Assembly: GCF_018350175.1 (NCBI RefSeq) | Contig: NC_058368.1 | Coordinates: 169,074,001-169,138,000 of the forward strand | Reading direction: 5' to 3' | DNA: 64,000 nt | Source: Felis catus | Taxonomy: Eukaryota | Part shown: in pieces, positions 62,986-64,000 of the stretch | Numbering within the stretch: the first letter of the stretch is position 1 | How the letters are laid out: every line of letters starts with the position of its first letter | The notes under the pieces: generated by a model | What the model saw: the letters and a program-made list of their open reading frames with translations, nothing else | What the model was told of the DNA's origin: nothing | Database searches by the model: none | Translations under genes and position numbers: made by a program

Positions 62986-64000
62986 CCAATACCCAATGTT
63001 ACCATTGGTACCCAGCCTTCAAAATATTGGGGCAAAAACTATAAAGATGCTGGAAAGCTAACTAAGCAGAAGAGGTGCCTAAATATGAGTCCCTGAATTT
63101 GATTGCCATTGTAAAGTCCCAGTAAGAAACTGATTAACAGCTCAAATTAACAGTAATTCCATTCTGCTGGATAAGCCCAAATAATCTAATTATAAAGGTT
63201 AATTGTATAATTCATTCTTAGATTACCAAAGGGAGTAAAATGTCTTGGAGGGTGTTTTATGCTGCAGAATCATTAATGATTAAAATTTCTGGGAATAGAA
63301 GCATGTATAGTTACAAATTATTCAAGCCACATAAGACTTTATAGAATTCTATCTTTAAGAGGCATTCAATAAATAACCCAGAATTCATCTATTTCATGTC
63401 TATGCCCTTTGGTTTCAATGACATTCTCATTTCTCAAAACAATATTGAGTTACACTGCACATGGACTTTCAGAAAAGTTCTTCCCAGTTAATCAAAATTT
63501 ACTCAATTTGAGGCACAACAATTTTATTGCCCAGAGGTCATCACTGACACTCCATATCTATGAAGTTGGTTGAAATATCCTAGATAGAGATTTGCAAAAT
63601 GACAGACCTCGAGTAACTTTGTGATTTGGAATCAGAAAAATGAAATTAAAGATCAACACATAAAAGAAGTTTCTGCCTCTTGAAGTTGGAATGAAGTAAA
63701 GGACAGATTCGTTATCTAAGAATAATGGGTGAAACTAAAAAAACAGCAATCTAAAGTGAACTCACTTAAAACAGGAAACAAAATTTTACAACCAATGAAA
63801 AGAAAAAAATTTTCATAGGATTTAATAAAATTAAAACCTGCAGATTTTGGTGTAACTCTCCAACAAAACTGAACCTCAGCATATACCATATTTCATTTGA
63901 TGTTTAAATGATTATAAAGAGGATCACGTAACAAAAACATGTAAGGTCTTCATTGGTCTCCTCAGGCAATTCTCTTAAACATGTTCATATCCAAATATTC

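Overview
Non-coding, repeat-rich mammalian genomic DNA from a feliform carnivore, most likely a felid. The evidence is 15 tRNA-derived Can-SINE/SINEC copies and L1 3' ends of the cat L1_Fc type. I can support no host protein-coding exon, RNA gene or CRISPR array; the ORF track is explained by repeats, N-gaps and chance. The main contents are a full-length but disabled ~6.8-kb L1 (36210-42980), an older 5'-truncated L1 carrying three SINEs, several MaLR/ERVL solo LTRs, hAT MITE remnants, MIR/L2 relics, microsatellites and seven N-gaps. The most notable signal is a heavily decayed ZNF862/Tip100-like hAT transposase fossil (~48250-51250, + strand). Its motifs are still in the correct order although it is interrupted by two LTRs and a probable RTE-clade LINE fragment. 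There is also a pure poly(A) retro-insertion with a perfect 17-bp target-site duplication at 43413-43460, and a few repeat-free, motif-dense segments that may be enhancers. I do not see evidence of a novel functional multi-gene system. Repeat subfamily names come from recalled consensus sequences and need RepeatMasker/Dfam confirmation, and boundaries of old elements are approximate.
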